Assembly (NCBI GenBank): GCA_035652895.1
Contig: DASRCX010000056.1
Span: 21,267-85,266 of the forward strand
DNA from: Terriglobia bacterium
GTDB taxonomy: Bacteria; Acidobacteriota; Terriglobia; UBA7540
Length of the DNA stretch: 64,000 bases
Direction of reading: 5' to 3'
The position numbers and the translations under genes were made by a program. The notes below the pieces were generated by a model. It did no database searches, was not told the origin of the DNA, and was given only the letters and a program-made list of their open reading frames with translations. Shown here piece by piece: positions 38,453 through 48,579 of this stretch; positions within the stretch are counted from its first letter, which is position 1, and the number at the start of each line of letters is the position of its first letter.

Positions 38453-38767
38453 TCAATGTTTCTTGTATCCATAGAACCAGCGCGCGGTGGACTGGCCCCG
38501 GTTCCAGACACTGTGGCGGGTTCCGGCGGGAATTGTTACTTCATCGCCCGGACCAAGCGTGGCGCGCCTGCCCTCGATTTCAAACTCGATCGTACCCTCT
38601 TTGACTACGACGCGTTCGTCGGTGCGGTGCACGAAGTCCAGCCACTGCTGTCCTGGCGGATCAACCCAGAGATCGCAACTGAAACCGTCACGCGCCCAGA
38701 CTTCAGCGACACTCTTCGAGTCGAGCGGCTTGTCCTGCGGCCAGCGGCGCACCTGAAGCTCAGGCAT
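38453..38767 (-). CDS. Small cupin domain protein
   Basis: The ORF track extends to 39004. The ATG at 38767 gives a 104-aa cupin with DFVHRTDERVVVKEGTIEFEIEG and GDEVTIPAGTRHSVWN. Confidence 0.75.
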   Translation of the reverse strand: MPELQVRRWPQDKPLDSKSVAEVWARDGFSCDLWVDPPGQQWLDFVHRTDERVVVKEGTIEFEIEGRRATLGPGDEVTIPAGTRHSVWNRGQSTARWFYGYKKH

Positions 38768-38886
38768 GGTGGAATTTCTCCCGAAGGGTCTATTATAACG
38801 GACAGGCGCCTCTGCAGGGGCCGACTGGCCCCTGGAGGGCGCGGCAACTCGCGAAACGCAGCGGGAATCTGAAAGAAAGGCACCGA

Positions 38887-39342
38887 TTGTATCCAATGAG
38901 ATTTCGCATGAGGTTTGACGTGGTGACGCCGGACTTACAAAAGAGAAGAGTTTCCCTTCCCCGATGCGTGGCGGAAACCCTGGCTCTCGGTCTGCTGTTT
39001 GCAACAGGACTGATCGCAGCGTCGGAGCCGTTCCCCGTTCCGCAGGTCGATGCCGGCATCGGCCCCTGCACCGCGGACTTCACTGTCAGCCGGAACAATA
39101 AGCCCCTTTATAACGCCGAAATTTCCGTCCACATCGCATATGGCTTTATGGGCATGAAGAAGATGGACCTGAAGATAGGGAGCAATAGCGAAGGAAAAGC
39201 CCGATTCATCGGGCTGCCGGAAAAAGTTCACAATCCTCCACTGGAGTTTGTCGTCAGGTCGAACGGCCTGAGCAAGACGGTTGATTTCTGGCCGAACGTC
39301 AAGTGCCACTCGCAATATTCAGTGATCATGGGAGGGCAATGA
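38887..39342 (+). CDS. Secreted hypothetical protein
   Basis: 151-aa ORF (TTG at 38887; ATGs at 38896 and 38908 are alternative starts). Signal-like segment ETLALGLLFATGLIAAS, then a beta-rich body (KIGSNSEGKARFIGLP resembles carboxypeptidase-regulatory-like folds). Confidence 0.6.
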   Translation: MYPMRFRMRFDVVTPDLQKRRVSLPRCVAETLALGLLFATGLIAASEPFPVPQVDAGIGPCTADFTVSRNNKPLYNAEISVHIAYGFMGMKKMDLKIGSNSEGKARFIGLPEKVHNPPLEFVVRSNGLSKTVDFWPNVKCHSQYSVIMGGQ

Positions 39343-39382
39343 GCGAGCGTTTCATCAGCATGACTATGCCGCCGCAAGGATT

Positions 39383-39979
39383 ATGAGGAAATATCTGATC
39401 GTGTTCATCGCGGGAGTTCTTCTGGTTCCGGCGGCGATTTACTTGTATTTTCGGTCCGGATACGCTCCGGTCGCAACATCCGCGTCGCCGCTACCTTTTG
39501 AGCGTTTCTTTGCAAAGCTTGCAATGCGTGCAACCTTGTCCCGGGAAGAAGCCAAACCTCAAGTTCCTCCGCCCACCGAGGCCGACCTCGTAAGCGGTGC
39601 GCGCCTTTATCGGGAGGATTGCGCCGTCTGCCACGGGCTGCCGAACCAACCGCAAAGCGCAATCGCAGCCGGCATGTATCCCCACCCGCCGCAATTCTTC
39701 CGGACCGGAGAAACATCGTCTTTCGATCCGGGCCATCCATTCCGCCCCCTCGACCCCAAAGCCTTCTGGAAAGTCAAAAACGGCGTCCGGCTGACGGGCA
39801 TGCCGGGCTTTAAGGACTCTCTCACCGAGCAGCAAATCCTTGCTGTGAGTGAGTTCGTCAGCAACGCCCGAGCCCTTCCTCCGTCCGCGGTGAGCGTGCT
39901 TGAGGGCAAATCGGAAAATCCCGTTCACGCCGAATCCTCAAGTGGCTCCAGATCGTTCCAGGTTCCAAATCACAAATGA
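39383..39979 (+). CDS. Membrane-anchored c-type cytochrome
   Basis: 198 aa. N-terminal TM segment YLIVFIAGVLLVPAAIYLYF, haem-binding CAVCHG (CxxCH), and distal LTGMPGF supplying the Met ligand. SD AAGGA. Confidence 0.85.
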   Translation: MRKYLIVFIAGVLLVPAAIYLYFRSGYAPVATSASPLPFERFFAKLAMRATLSREEAKPQVPPPTEADLVSGARLYREDCAVCHGLPNQPQSAIAAGMYPHPPQFFRTGETSSFDPGHPFRPLDPKAFWKVKNGVRLTGMPGFKDSLTEQQILAVSEFVSNARALPPSAVSVLEGKSENPVHAESSSGSRSFQVPNHK

Positions 39980-40197
39980 TCACGCGATCTTGACGGCTGA
40001 ACGATTCCGGACTTTCGCGCGGCGAACCCGTTGATGTACTTCCTGGCAGCACGCAACAACCGACCGCAGGCGCTTCAGAAGTTTTTATGTAACAAGCCCT
40101 GAAATCGTTCATCATTACATGCGGGGCGCAGGCGGGACGAATTGAGTTTCTGCCAGATCTTGATTTCCCCTCTGAATCACAGCTTGGGCAGACAGCC

Positions 40198-41304
40198 ATG
40201 AATTTCCAATCTGCCATCCTCGCGTTTTTATTCCTTATGTCCGCGGCCGGTACATATTTACCGCAGGTGGATCCTGCACCATGGAACGAAATTCTCCATC
40301 AGTATGTTGATCCGCAGCATCACGTGGATTACGCGAAGCTGAAGGAGAAGGATTTGCAGAAGCTCCGCGATTATGTGGCAAGCTTTGGGCAGGGCGGTTC
40401 AGGACCTGTTTCAGAAGCCGCACAAAAGGCCCTTCTGATCAACGCCTACAATGCGATGACGATCGAATGGATTTGTGAGAACTACCCGACAAACAGCATC
40501 TGGGACACGCCTCGGCCGTTCCAGGCGCGGCGCTTCCGACTGGCCGGCGAAGCGGTTTCGCTGGACGAAATCGAGTCGCGGCTGCGAGGCATGAAAGACC
40601 CCCGGGTCCACGCAGCGCTCGTGTGCGCGTCGCTTAGTTGTCCTCCGCTGCGCCGCGAGGCTTACGTGGCTGAGAGGCTCGATGAGCAACTGGACGACAA
40701 CGTCCGCGAGTGGCTGGCTAACCCGGCGCTCAACAGGTTTGAGCCGGACAAGAACGAAGTGATCGTCAGCCCGATTTTCAAATGGTACAGGCAGGATTTC
40801 GACGCTTATCCGGGGGGCACGCGCGGGTTCCTGCTCAAATTCGGTCCGCCAGCGGCAGTGCAGAAATTGAAAGGCCGCGAATTCGTCATCCGTTACGGAA
40901 CTTATAACTGGGGATTAAACGATCAGGCCGGCCGGGGCAAGGGTTACTCAACTTTTCAGTTGGGGGCAGACTGGATCAAGAACTGGTTTCGTGACTGGTT
41001 TGCGGACCTGGGCAGAAAATACAATGTGAATCCTGCCATCTTTGGCGGCATTTATGTTGGCGCAATTCCTTTTTTCACGCTTTGCGTCGGTTGGATCGTG
41101 AGCAATCTGCGACGCAAGAAACCCATCGTTCTTCCCGCCCTCGCCGCTTCGTTTTTCTTTGTCTCGGCTTATCTCTACCTGCTGATTGTGGGACGCGACA
41201 TCCCCCTCTGGGTTTATGCGGTGATTGCGGGAATGATCGGCCTGGGGTTGTATTCAACCGTCAGGAAAATCCGCGCAAAAGCCGGCGCCCGCCGTAAACT
41301 TTGA
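40198..41304 (+). CDS. DUF547 domain protein with a C-terminal multi-TM extension
   Basis: 368 aa. Signal peptide, then ALLINAYNAMTIEWI and RVHAALVCASLSCPPLRREAY typical of DUF547. Three predicted TM helices lie in the last ~90 aa. Confidence 0.8.
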   Translation: MNFQSAILAFLFLMSAAGTYLPQVDPAPWNEILHQYVDPQHHVDYAKLKEKDLQKLRDYVASFGQGGSGPVSEAAQKALLINAYNAMTIEWICENYPTNSIWDTPRPFQARRFRLAGEAVSLDEIESRLRGMKDPRVHAALVCASLSCPPLRREAYVAERLDEQLDDNVREWLANPALNRFEPDKNEVIVSPIFKWYRQDFDAYPGGTRGFLLKFGPPAAVQKLKGREFVIRYGTYNWGLNDQAGRGKGYSTFQLGADWIKNWFRDWFADLGRKYNVNPAIFGGIYVGAIPFFTLCVGWIVSNLRRKKPIVLPALAASFFFVSAYLYLLIVGRDIPLWVYAVIAGMIGLGLYSTVRKIRAKAGARRKL

Positions 41305-41355
41305 GCGGCCTTTGACGCTCCCTGACGCATCGGGGCACTTCCAACAGCCGCCGCA

Positions 41356-42933
41356 CTAAACTTCCACAACGCAGGCAAAGCGCACGGCGGGAATCCTGCG
41401 AATTTCTTCCAGCACTTCCGGCGGAATGCGGTCATCCACATTGACCAGGCCGATGGCTTCGCCGGCCTGCTGGTTCCTGCCGAGAGCGAAGCTGGCGATA
41501 TTGACGTTCTTTTCTCCAAGAATCGTGCCTACCCGGCCGATCACGCCGGGCACATCCTGATTGCGGATGAACAGGATAAACCCTTTGAGCGGCGCCTCAA
41601 TATCAATATCGTTGATACCGAGAATGCGCAGACCGCGCAGCCCGACCATTCCCAACGCCGACGTCGAATCGCCTTCCGTGCGAAGCGCAATGCCCAGCGA
41701 ATTGGAATAGGCGGCGCGGCGCGCGCTGCGAACTTCGACTACTTCGATCCCGCGCTCCTGGGCCAGTGCTGCCGCATTGATCAGATTCACATCGCCGGAA
41801 AGCGCCTTGCTGAGGATGCCCTTCAACACGGCGTTCTTGACCAGGTGCGTATTGAGTTCAGCGAGGCCGCCGTCGTAACTGATCTTCACCTCTTCAATAC
41901 GCCCATCCGCAATCTGTGCCACAAACGTCCCGAGCTTTTCTCCAAGCTGGATGTAAGGCTCGAGCTTCTTGTATTCCTCTGGAGAAATCGCCGGCATGTT
42001 GACGGCGTTGCGCGGCACGCCCAGCCGCAGGTAATCGCGGATTTGCTCGGCAATGCTGATGCCGACAATCTCCTGCGCCTCATCGGTGGACCCGGCGATG
42101 TGAGGGGTGGCGATGACGTTCGGGTGCGCCACGAGCCTCGAATCCACCGGGGGCTCCTTTTCAAAAACGTCCAGCGCGGCCCCGGCGACATGTCCGCTCT
42201 CGAGCGCCTGCAGAAGGTCATCCTCCTTGATCAGTTCGCCGCGCGCGCAGTTCACAATCCGGACGCCGGGTTTGGTTTTTGCAAGCGTCTGGGCATTGAG
42301 CAGGTGATGCGTTTCCGGCGTGGCGGCCGTGTGAAGACTGATGAAGTCGCTCGCGGCCAGGAGTTCCTCAAACTTCACGAGCTTCACGCCCTGCTCCTGG
42401 GCAAGCCGCGAGGGAACGTAGGGATCGTAAGCGATCACTTCCATTTCAAACGCGCGGGCAAGGCGCGCAACTTCGCTTCCGATTCTTCCGAGGCCGATCA
42501 GCCCCAGCGTCTTCCCGCGCAACTCGATCCCGGTCAATTTCTTCTTTTCCCATGCTCCCTTTTTCATGGACGCGTCCGCCTGCGGAATACGGCGGGCAAG
42601 AGAAATGAGGAAGCCGATCGTCTGTTCGGCAACGCTTGTGGAGCTGCCGCCCGGGGTATTCATCACAACAATCCCGCGCTTCGTGGCCGCCTCAAGGTCC
42701 ACATTGTCCACACCAACACCGGCGCGGCCGATCACGCGGAGGCGCTTGGCGCGCGCCAGCAGGTCCGCCTTGACCTTCGTGGCGCTTCGCACGACCAGCG
42801 CGTCTGCATCGACAATTTCATCTGCCACCGAAGCGCCCTTTTTGCCAGGCAGGTAGACAACATTCCAGGACTTGTCTTCCTGGAGGATCTCCACAGCTCG
42901 ATTGGAAACGTCGTCAGCAACCAGAATTTTCAT
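41356..42933 (-). CDS. serA: D-3-phosphoglycerate dehydrogenase
   Basis: The ATG at 42933 gives MKILVADDVS. NAD site GLIGLGRIGSEVA, a D-2-hydroxyacid dehydrogenase catalytic region, and a long C-terminal ASB+ACT extension (525 aa in total). It is adjacent to serC. Confidence 0.93.
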   Translation of the reverse strand: MKILVADDVSNRAVEILQEDKSWNVVYLPGKKGASVADEIVDADALVVRSATKVKADLLARAKRLRVIGRAGVGVDNVDLEAATKRGIVVMNTPGGSSTSVAEQTIGFLISLARRIPQADASMKKGAWEKKKLTGIELRGKTLGLIGLGRIGSEVARLARAFEMEVIAYDPYVPSRLAQEQGVKLVKFEELLAASDFISLHTAATPETHHLLNAQTLAKTKPGVRIVNCARGELIKEDDLLQALESGHVAGAALDVFEKEPPVDSRLVAHPNVIATPHIAGSTDEAQEIVGISIAEQIRDYLRLGVPRNAVNMPAISPEEYKKLEPYIQLGEKLGTFVAQIADGRIEEVKISYDGGLAELNTHLVKNAVLKGILSKALSGDVNLINAAALAQERGIEVVEVRSARRAAYSNSLGIALRTEGDSTSALGMVGLRGLRILGINDIDIEAPLKGFILFIRNQDVPGVIGRVGTILGEKNVNIASFALGRNQQAGEAIGLVNVDDRIPPEVLEEIRRIPAVRFACVVEV

Positions 42934-43024
42934 ATTGTGGACTGCGCGAGCGCGCGTCGGGCGGTCGCGCCAGTTCAACCCCCTTTTTAGGAATGCTAAA
43001 ATCCCTCAGCCTGCGCCGCGTGTC

Positions 43025-44164
43025 CTATCCACGCCGTCGCTCAAACTCTTTCATAAAGGAGACGAGCGCCTGGACGCCTTCGAGCGGCATTCCATTGTAG
43101 ATCGAGGCGCGCACTCCACCCACCGATCGATAGCCTTTCAAGGCGTAGAGGCCCTCACGACCGGCCTGTTTGAGAAACTCTTCGAGCGCTTCCGGAGTCG
43201 GTAGATCGAACGTGACGTTCATCGTCGAGCGGTGCGCCTTGTCCACCAGAGGCTTGTAGAAGCTGGACTGGTCGAGGAAATCGTAGAGGAGTTTGGCCTT
43301 CTCGTTGTTGCGGCGCTCAATCTCAGGTACGCCTCCAAGGTTCTTAATCCAGCGCATGACTTCGCGCGCAAAGTAGATGTTGAACGTGCTCGGCGTGTTG
43401 ACCAGTGACTGGCCCTTATCCACGGTGACATAATTGAGCAGCGGCGGGGTGAGCGGCAGCGCGTGGCCGAGCAGGTCCTTGCGCACGGCGACGATGGCCG
43501 TCCCAGCGGGACCCAGGTTCTTTTGCAAACTCGCGTAAACCAGCCCAAAGCGCGAATAATCCATCACGCGTGACAGAATTTCAGATGTCGCATCTCCCAC
43601 CAGGGGCAGATCGCCCGTCTCGGGAAACTTGTTCCAACGCGTTCCGTAAGCTGTATTATTCGTCGTAATGTGAAGATAAGAAGTGTCCTTAGGAATGCGC
43701 TCCACGTCCACTTCCGGGATCCGCGTAAAGTTGTCCTTCTGACCGCTGGCCACCGTTTCAATCACACCATAAGGAGCAGCGTCTTTGATTGCGGTGGCGG
43801 AAAAAACTCCAGTCTCGACGTAAGCCGCCCGGTGCGCCGGTTTCAGTCCGATCAGATTCATCGGGACGGCGGCAAACTGCATCCGCGCGCCGCCATGCAT
43901 GAAGAGCACCGTGAAATTTTCCGGAAGGGAGACCAGTTCGCGAAAGAGTGCAATCGATTCTTCAACCACGGCCACAAAGTCTTTGGACCGATGGCTGATT
44001 TCGAGGATTGACGCACCAATGCCGCCATAGTTCAGGAATTCCTGCTGCACGCGCAACATGACTTCATCAGGCAGCATCGCCGGCCCCGGGCTGAAGTTAA
44101 AAATCCTTCCGGCGGGCCGCGCGGTCTTGAGTGCTGACTCTTTTGCTTCATTCGGGGTGGACAT
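43025..44164 (-). CDS. serC: Phosphoserine aminotransferase
   Basis: The ATG at 44164 lies 6 nt after AAGGAGA. FNFSPGPAMLP is the hallmark SerC N-terminus, on a class-V aminotransferase body. Confidence 0.92.
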   Translation of the reverse strand: MSTPNEAKESALKTARPAGRIFNFSPGPAMLPDEVMLRVQQEFLNYGGIGASILEISHRSKDFVAVVEESIALFRELVSLPENFTVLFMHGGARMQFAAVPMNLIGLKPAHRAAYVETGVFSATAIKDAAPYGVIETVASGQKDNFTRIPEVDVERIPKDTSYLHITTNNTAYGTRWNKFPETGDLPLVGDATSEILSRVMDYSRFGLVYASLQKNLGPAGTAIVAVRKDLLGHALPLTPPLLNYVTVDKGQSLVNTPSTFNIYFAREVMRWIKNLGGVPEIERRNNEKAKLLYDFLDQSSFYKPLVDKAHRSTMNVTFDLPTPEALEEFLKQAGREGLYALKGYRSVGGVRASIYNGMPLEGVQALVSFMKEFERRRG

Positions 44165-44392
44165 TAGCATTCTCCTTTGGTGCGGCGGATGTAAACCTGG
44201 GATTCTCTGGGTCAATCCGGCTGGCGTCCGAAGCTCCCTGCAACAGGGTCACGGGACACACACCGGGCAATTTCTACCGTGTGATTTCTGCCATAGCCGC
44301 CTTGCTTCTCCGGCAGATGTCGGTTGTGAAACTTCCCGCGCGGACCGGCGCAAGACTACGGGCGGTATGGACACTGCCTGTGGAAACACTCC

Positions 44393-44422
44393 ACTCTACG
44401 TCACCCGCCGCAAAATTGTCAA
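44393..44422 (-). promoter_or_regulatory. Candidate promoter of serC-serA (contains the shared 11-mer)
   Basis: On the minus strand: TTGACA (44422-44417), an 18-nt spacer, then TAGAGT (44398-44393). The -35 hexamer is embedded in GATTTGACAAT, which is also found twice upstream of leuA. Confidence 0.35.
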
Positions 44423-44534
44423 ATCAGGCGGAACAATGACAACAAAGAAGATTCCTCGAATGGATGAAGAGTATCGGCGACTTGAATAAGGGGACTTGGG
44501 GCTTACACATTCGACCAATCCGTTGTTGACGACA

Positions 44535-45242
44535 TTATCCCAACACTGGCACGGCAACCGAGCGCACGGCGCGCGAATCGTCGCTCAGTAGAAAGTGGAT
44601 GACCTTTGCCACGTCTTCAGTTTTAACCCATTTCGAGAAATCTGCATTCGGCATCGCTTTTCGATTCGCTTCGGTATCCATGGTACCGGGCATGACACAA
44701 TGTGCCCGAATATCAAACTCCCTGAGTTCCTGCGCGAGGATCTCGGTGAGCTGCAGGACGGCCCCCTTGGAGACGGCATAAGCGGCGATGCCAGCGCCTC
44801 CTCCTTTCAGGATGGCCCCGCTCGAAACCGTGACGATTCGGCCGAAATCCTGCCGGATCATTGCAGGAACCACCGGTCGCAGCATCCGGACAACACTCAT
44901 CAGGTTAAGTTCCAGCATGTTCGCCCAAGCCTGATCTTCGGTTTCAAAGCTTTTGCCGGCTGCAAAGCCGCCTGCAACACAAACCAGGAAATCTACGCGG
45001 CCGTAATGCTCAATCACGCTGTCCACAAATCGATCAACGTCGCCAGAGATATTCAGGTCCGCCGTCCCTCCTCTTAAACGCGAGGCGTGTTCGCCTGCAG
45101 CTTCCTGAAGCGATCTCCATGCGCTCTCCTCGCGGTACGGCACTGCCACGGTTGCTCCGGCCCGCAGGAGGTCAAGCGTGACGGATTTGCCCAGCGCGCC
45201 GGTCCCGCCCGTGATCATAGCTACACGATTTTGAAAATCCAC
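44535..45242 (-). CDS. SDR family oxidoreductase
   Basis: 235 aa with a GTG start after GGGAGG. ITGGTGALG (TGxxxGxG) and catalytic YAVSK (YxxxK). Confidence 0.88.
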   Translation of the reverse strand: MDFQNRVAMITGGTGALGKSVTLDLLRAGATVAVPYREESAWRSLQEAAGEHASRLRGGTADLNISGDVDRFVDSVIEHYGRVDFLVCVAGGFAAGKSFETEDQAWANMLELNLMSVVRMLRPVVPAMIRQDFGRIVTVSSGAILKGGGAGIAAYAVSKGAVLQLTEILAQELREFDIRAHCVMPGTMDTEANRKAMPNADFSKWVKTEDVAKVIHFLLSDDSRAVRSVAVPVLG

Positions 45243-45392
45243 GCCTCACCTCCCTGATGGTCTATAATATAAACCCGCTGCACATTTCAGGCGACCAAAG
45301 TCTGGCTGGAACACCTTACCAGTTTACGCACATGCTGCCGCTGGGTTGTTTTCCTCGAGGGCATCTCAAACGGTTGATGTAAAATTTAAAAA

Positions 45393-47651
45393 ATGCGTAT
45401 TCGGCACAAGCTCATTATTTCATTAACGATCAGCATTACGCTGGTTGCCTTCATCTTCGCCTTTTTCCAGGTGCGCTCCCAGAAAAACGCCCTTCGGAGC
45501 GATCTGGAGAAGCGTGCCGAGATCCTGGCCGAAAGCCTTGTCGATAACGTCGAGCCGCTGCTCGGAAGCCATTCCTGGGACCAGTTGCAGCAATTGCTGG
45601 ACCGCTTTGAGAACCGGGAAGCACTGGACGGAGTCGCCGTCTTTGACAGAAACGGGAACAAGATTGCCATCGCCAGCGCACTTGAAAGTCAACTCAACAT
45701 TGCGCCATCCGCCGTCCACCAGGCGATTTTCCGCGACAGGGGAGTCAGCCAGTTCCTCAACTTGAACGGCGTGCCGATGGAAGTCTATGCCCTGCCCATT
45801 CATGGAAACGAAGGCCTGGAAGGAGTGCTGGCCCTCTACCACAATGCCAGCTTTATTGAAGCGCAATCGTTCCGGCTCTGGCGGGATACGTTTCTCCGGC
45901 TGCTGGTTGAGACCTTGCTGATCGCGTTTATCTGCCTGCTGATCATCCGGATCAGCATCCTCGAGCCCGTCACCAAGACTGCGCAGTGGCTTCGCGCGCT
46001 ACGGACTGGCAAGGGTCTGCGAACGACCCCTTTGCCGGCCGAGGAATTGTTCCAGCCGATCGCTCATGAAGCAACGCAGCTTGCCAAGTCACTGGAAGTC
46101 GCCCGCACCGTGGCCGAGGAAGAAGCGCACCTGCGTGAACTGGGCGAAGCCGTCTGGACGGCCGAACGCTTGCGTGTCCATGTGCGGAACCGCTTTCGTG
46201 ACAAGCCGATTTTTGCCGTTTCCAACCGCGAACCTTACATGCACGTGCACCGGAACGGCCGCATCGAATGCCTTGTGCCGGCCAGCGGCCTGGTGACTTC
46301 GCTTGAACCCATTCTGCGGGCCTGCGACGGCACCTGGGTGGCTACAGGAGCAGGAGACGCCGATCGCGAAGTCGTGGACGAAAAAGACCGCCTGCGCGTG
46401 CCTCCTGATGATCCGCATTACACGCTGCGCAGGGTCTGGCTGACTGAAGAAGAGGAGAGAGGATACTACCTCGGATTCGCCAATGAGGGCCTGTGGCCTC
46501 TGTGTCACATTGCACACCAGCGGCCAACCTTCCGCGAAGCGGACTGGCGGCAATACAAGGCCGTTAATCAGAAATTCGCCAAAGCGGTTCTGGAGGAAAT
46601 GGAGGGGACGCAGGAACCCGCGGTCCTGATCCATGACTATCATTTCGCCCTGCTTCCACGCATGGTGAAGGAGAAACGACCCGACGCCCGCGTTGCGATC
46701 TTCTGGCACATCCCCTGGCCGAACCCGGAAGCCTTCGGCATTTGCCCCTGGCAGCGCGAACTGCTGGATGGACTTCTCGGCGCGGACATCGCCGGTTTCC
46801 ACATTCAGAACCATTGCAATAATTTCCTCGAGACGGTTGACCGCACCCTCGAATGCCGCATCGAATGGGACCGCTTTGCCGTCAACCGCCGTGGGCACTT
46901 CACTCTGGTGCGTCCGTTTCCAGTCAGTGTAGTGTTTGATTCAGATGCCGCGGTCGATTCAACACTGACAACTCTTCCGGATCCTGTAGAGATTTTCAAA
47001 GAACTGGGCGTCGATGCCACGATGATGGGCGTGGGCGTTGATCGCATGGATTACACGAAAGGGATCATCGAGCGCTTTCACGGGATCGAGCGGTTCCTTG
47101 AAAAATGGCCGGAATACCAGCGGAAATTCACCTTCGTGCAGATCGGCGCGCCCAGCCGGACTGATATTCAGCGTTACCGCGATCTTGTGACGGAGATTGA
47201 ATCGGAAGCCCACCGCATCAACCAGCGGTTCCAGAAGGGTGCATGGAAACCGATCATCCTGCTCAAAGGGCACCACAGCCGCCAGGAGATCGTGCGCTAC
47301 TACAAGGCGGCGGACATCTGCATGGTGACTTCACTGCACGACGGCATGAACCTGGTGGCCAAGGAATTCGTCGCGGCCCGCGCTGACGGCCAGGGAGTTC
47401 TGATCCTCAGCCGCTTTACCGGTGCCTGCCGCGAACTGCGCGACGCCCTGATCGTCAATCCTTATGACACCGAACAACTGGCCGAAGCCATCCGCTTTGG
47501 ACTGACGATGGACCCCGAGGAAAAGCGCCTCCGAATGCAGCGCATGCGCCGCGTCGTTCGCGAACACAACATCTACCGCTGGGCGGCAAGACTGGTCCGC
47601 GAACTTTCGGAGGTCCGGCTCGACGTGTCAGAGCCGCTGAAAGTCCGCTGA
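45393..47651 (+). CDS. otsA: Trehalose-6-phosphate synthase (GT20) with an N-terminal TM-sensor-TM-HAMP-like module
   Basis: 752 aa. The C-terminal ~500 aa carry OtsA hallmarks (GFANEGLWPLCHIAHQRPTF, IHDYHFALLP, DGMNLVAKEF). The N-terminal ~250 aa carry two TM helices flanking a ~150-aa loop. Confidence 0.9.
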   Translation: MRIRHKLIISLTISITLVAFIFAFFQVRSQKNALRSDLEKRAEILAESLVDNVEPLLGSHSWDQLQQLLDRFENREALDGVAVFDRNGNKIAIASALESQLNIAPSAVHQAIFRDRGVSQFLNLNGVPMEVYALPIHGNEGLEGVLALYHNASFIEAQSFRLWRDTFLRLLVETLLIAFICLLIIRISILEPVTKTAQWLRALRTGKGLRTTPLPAEELFQPIAHEATQLAKSLEVARTVAEEEAHLRELGEAVWTAERLRVHVRNRFRDKPIFAVSNREPYMHVHRNGRIECLVPASGLVTSLEPILRACDGTWVATGAGDADREVVDEKDRLRVPPDDPHYTLRRVWLTEEEERGYYLGFANEGLWPLCHIAHQRPTFREADWRQYKAVNQKFAKAVLEEMEGTQEPAVLIHDYHFALLPRMVKEKRPDARVAIFWHIPWPNPEAFGICPWQRELLDGLLGADIAGFHIQNHCNNFLETVDRTLECRIEWDRFAVNRRGHFTLVRPFPVSVVFDSDAAVDSTLTTLPDPVEIFKELGVDATMMGVGVDRMDYTKGIIERFHGIERFLEKWPEYQRKFTFVQIGAPSRTDIQRYRDLVTEIESEAHRINQRFQKGAWKPIILLKGHHSRQEIVRYYKAADICMVTSLHDGMNLVAKEFVAARADGQGVLILSRFTGACRELRDALIVNPYDTEQLAEAIRFGLTMDPEEKRLRMQRMRRVVREHNIYRWAARLVRELSEVRLDVSEPLKVR

Positions 47652-47702
47652 CGGCGGGGCGGCAGTAAACTTCGTATCTGGCCCGGCCAGGCCACTTCCA
47701 TC

Positions 47703-48557
47703 ATGACAAAAACCCGGAATTCCCTAAGAAAAACCCAGGCCGCGGATGCGCCGCGGAGAGCCCGCGGGGATCATCAGTCCTGGAACAGGTATAAGCCGCA
47801 ATACCTTTTCGATGTCTGGACGGACGTAGATAAGCGAATTCGCCGGGCGAAGCGCATCGTTGTTTTTCTTGACTTTGATGGCACGCTCGTGCGGTTGCGC
47901 CACAAACCCAAAGAAGTTTTCCTCGAGGAACCGAAACGGCGCGTCCTTAGCAAACTCCTTCACCACCGGAAAGTAACGCTCTGTTTCATCAGCGGGCGAC
48001 AACTCGACGACCTGCAGGAACGGGTGGGCGTAGAGGGCGCCATCTACTTCGGGTTGCACGGGTGGGAACGCAGTAACGGCAAGTCACCTGACTTGCCGGG
48101 GATCCGCCGCCTGCGAGGGAGTATGCAGCGACTCCAGCGGCAGACGCAGGACCTGCCCGGCATCAGAGTGGAAGATAAAGGAGTCTGCTTTGGCGTCCAC
48201 TACAGGAGGGCCCACAGGCCTGCCGTAAAAAAAGCCCGCCTCCTGGTTCTCGATGAACTGGTCCGGCTGGGGCCCGGTTTCAAAATGATGGCGGGCAAGA
48301 AAATCTGGGAGATCTATCCCAAGGGTATGGGAAGCAAGGGGACAGCAGCAAAGGAACTGCTCGAACAAATTCCAGGGCGCAAACTCGTCATCTATGCAGG
48401 GGACGATACGACGGACGAAACGGCGTTCGCACTCTTGCCGAGAGGCGTCACGATTCGGGTCGGTAAATTCCGTGCATCGAAAGCAAAGTTTTTCCTGAAG
48501 AACCCGGCGGAAGTCCTGAGTTTTCTCGAAAAGCTGGAAATGACGCTGGCCAGGTAA
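47703..48557 (+). CDS. otsB: Trehalose-phosphatase
   Basis: 284 aa. HAD motif I FLDFDGTLV and motif IV YAGDDTTDE. It is immediately downstream of otsA. Confidence 0.9.
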   Translation: MTKTRNSLRKTQAADAPRRARGDHQSWNRYKPQYLFDVWTDVDKRIRRAKRIVVFLDFDGTLVRLRHKPKEVFLEEPKRRVLSKLLHHRKVTLCFISGRQLDDLQERVGVEGAIYFGLHGWERSNGKSPDLPGIRRLRGSMQRLQRQTQDLPGIRVEDKGVCFGVHYRRAHRPAVKKARLLVLDELVRLGPGFKMMAGKKIWEIYPKGMGSKGTAAKELLEQIPGRKLVIYAGDDTTDETAFALLPRGVTIRVGKFRASKAKFFLKNPAEVLSFLEKLEMTLAR

Positions 48558-48579
48558 AGCCTGTGAGGTCCCGGAACAG

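Noticed and set aside
44436-44489. A 17-codon ORF (MTTKKIPRMDEEYRRLE) in the serC-SDR intergenic region.
   Set aside because: It has only a weak SD-like GGCGGA, no terminator or promoter context, and lies on the strand opposite the serC leader. The support is insufficient.
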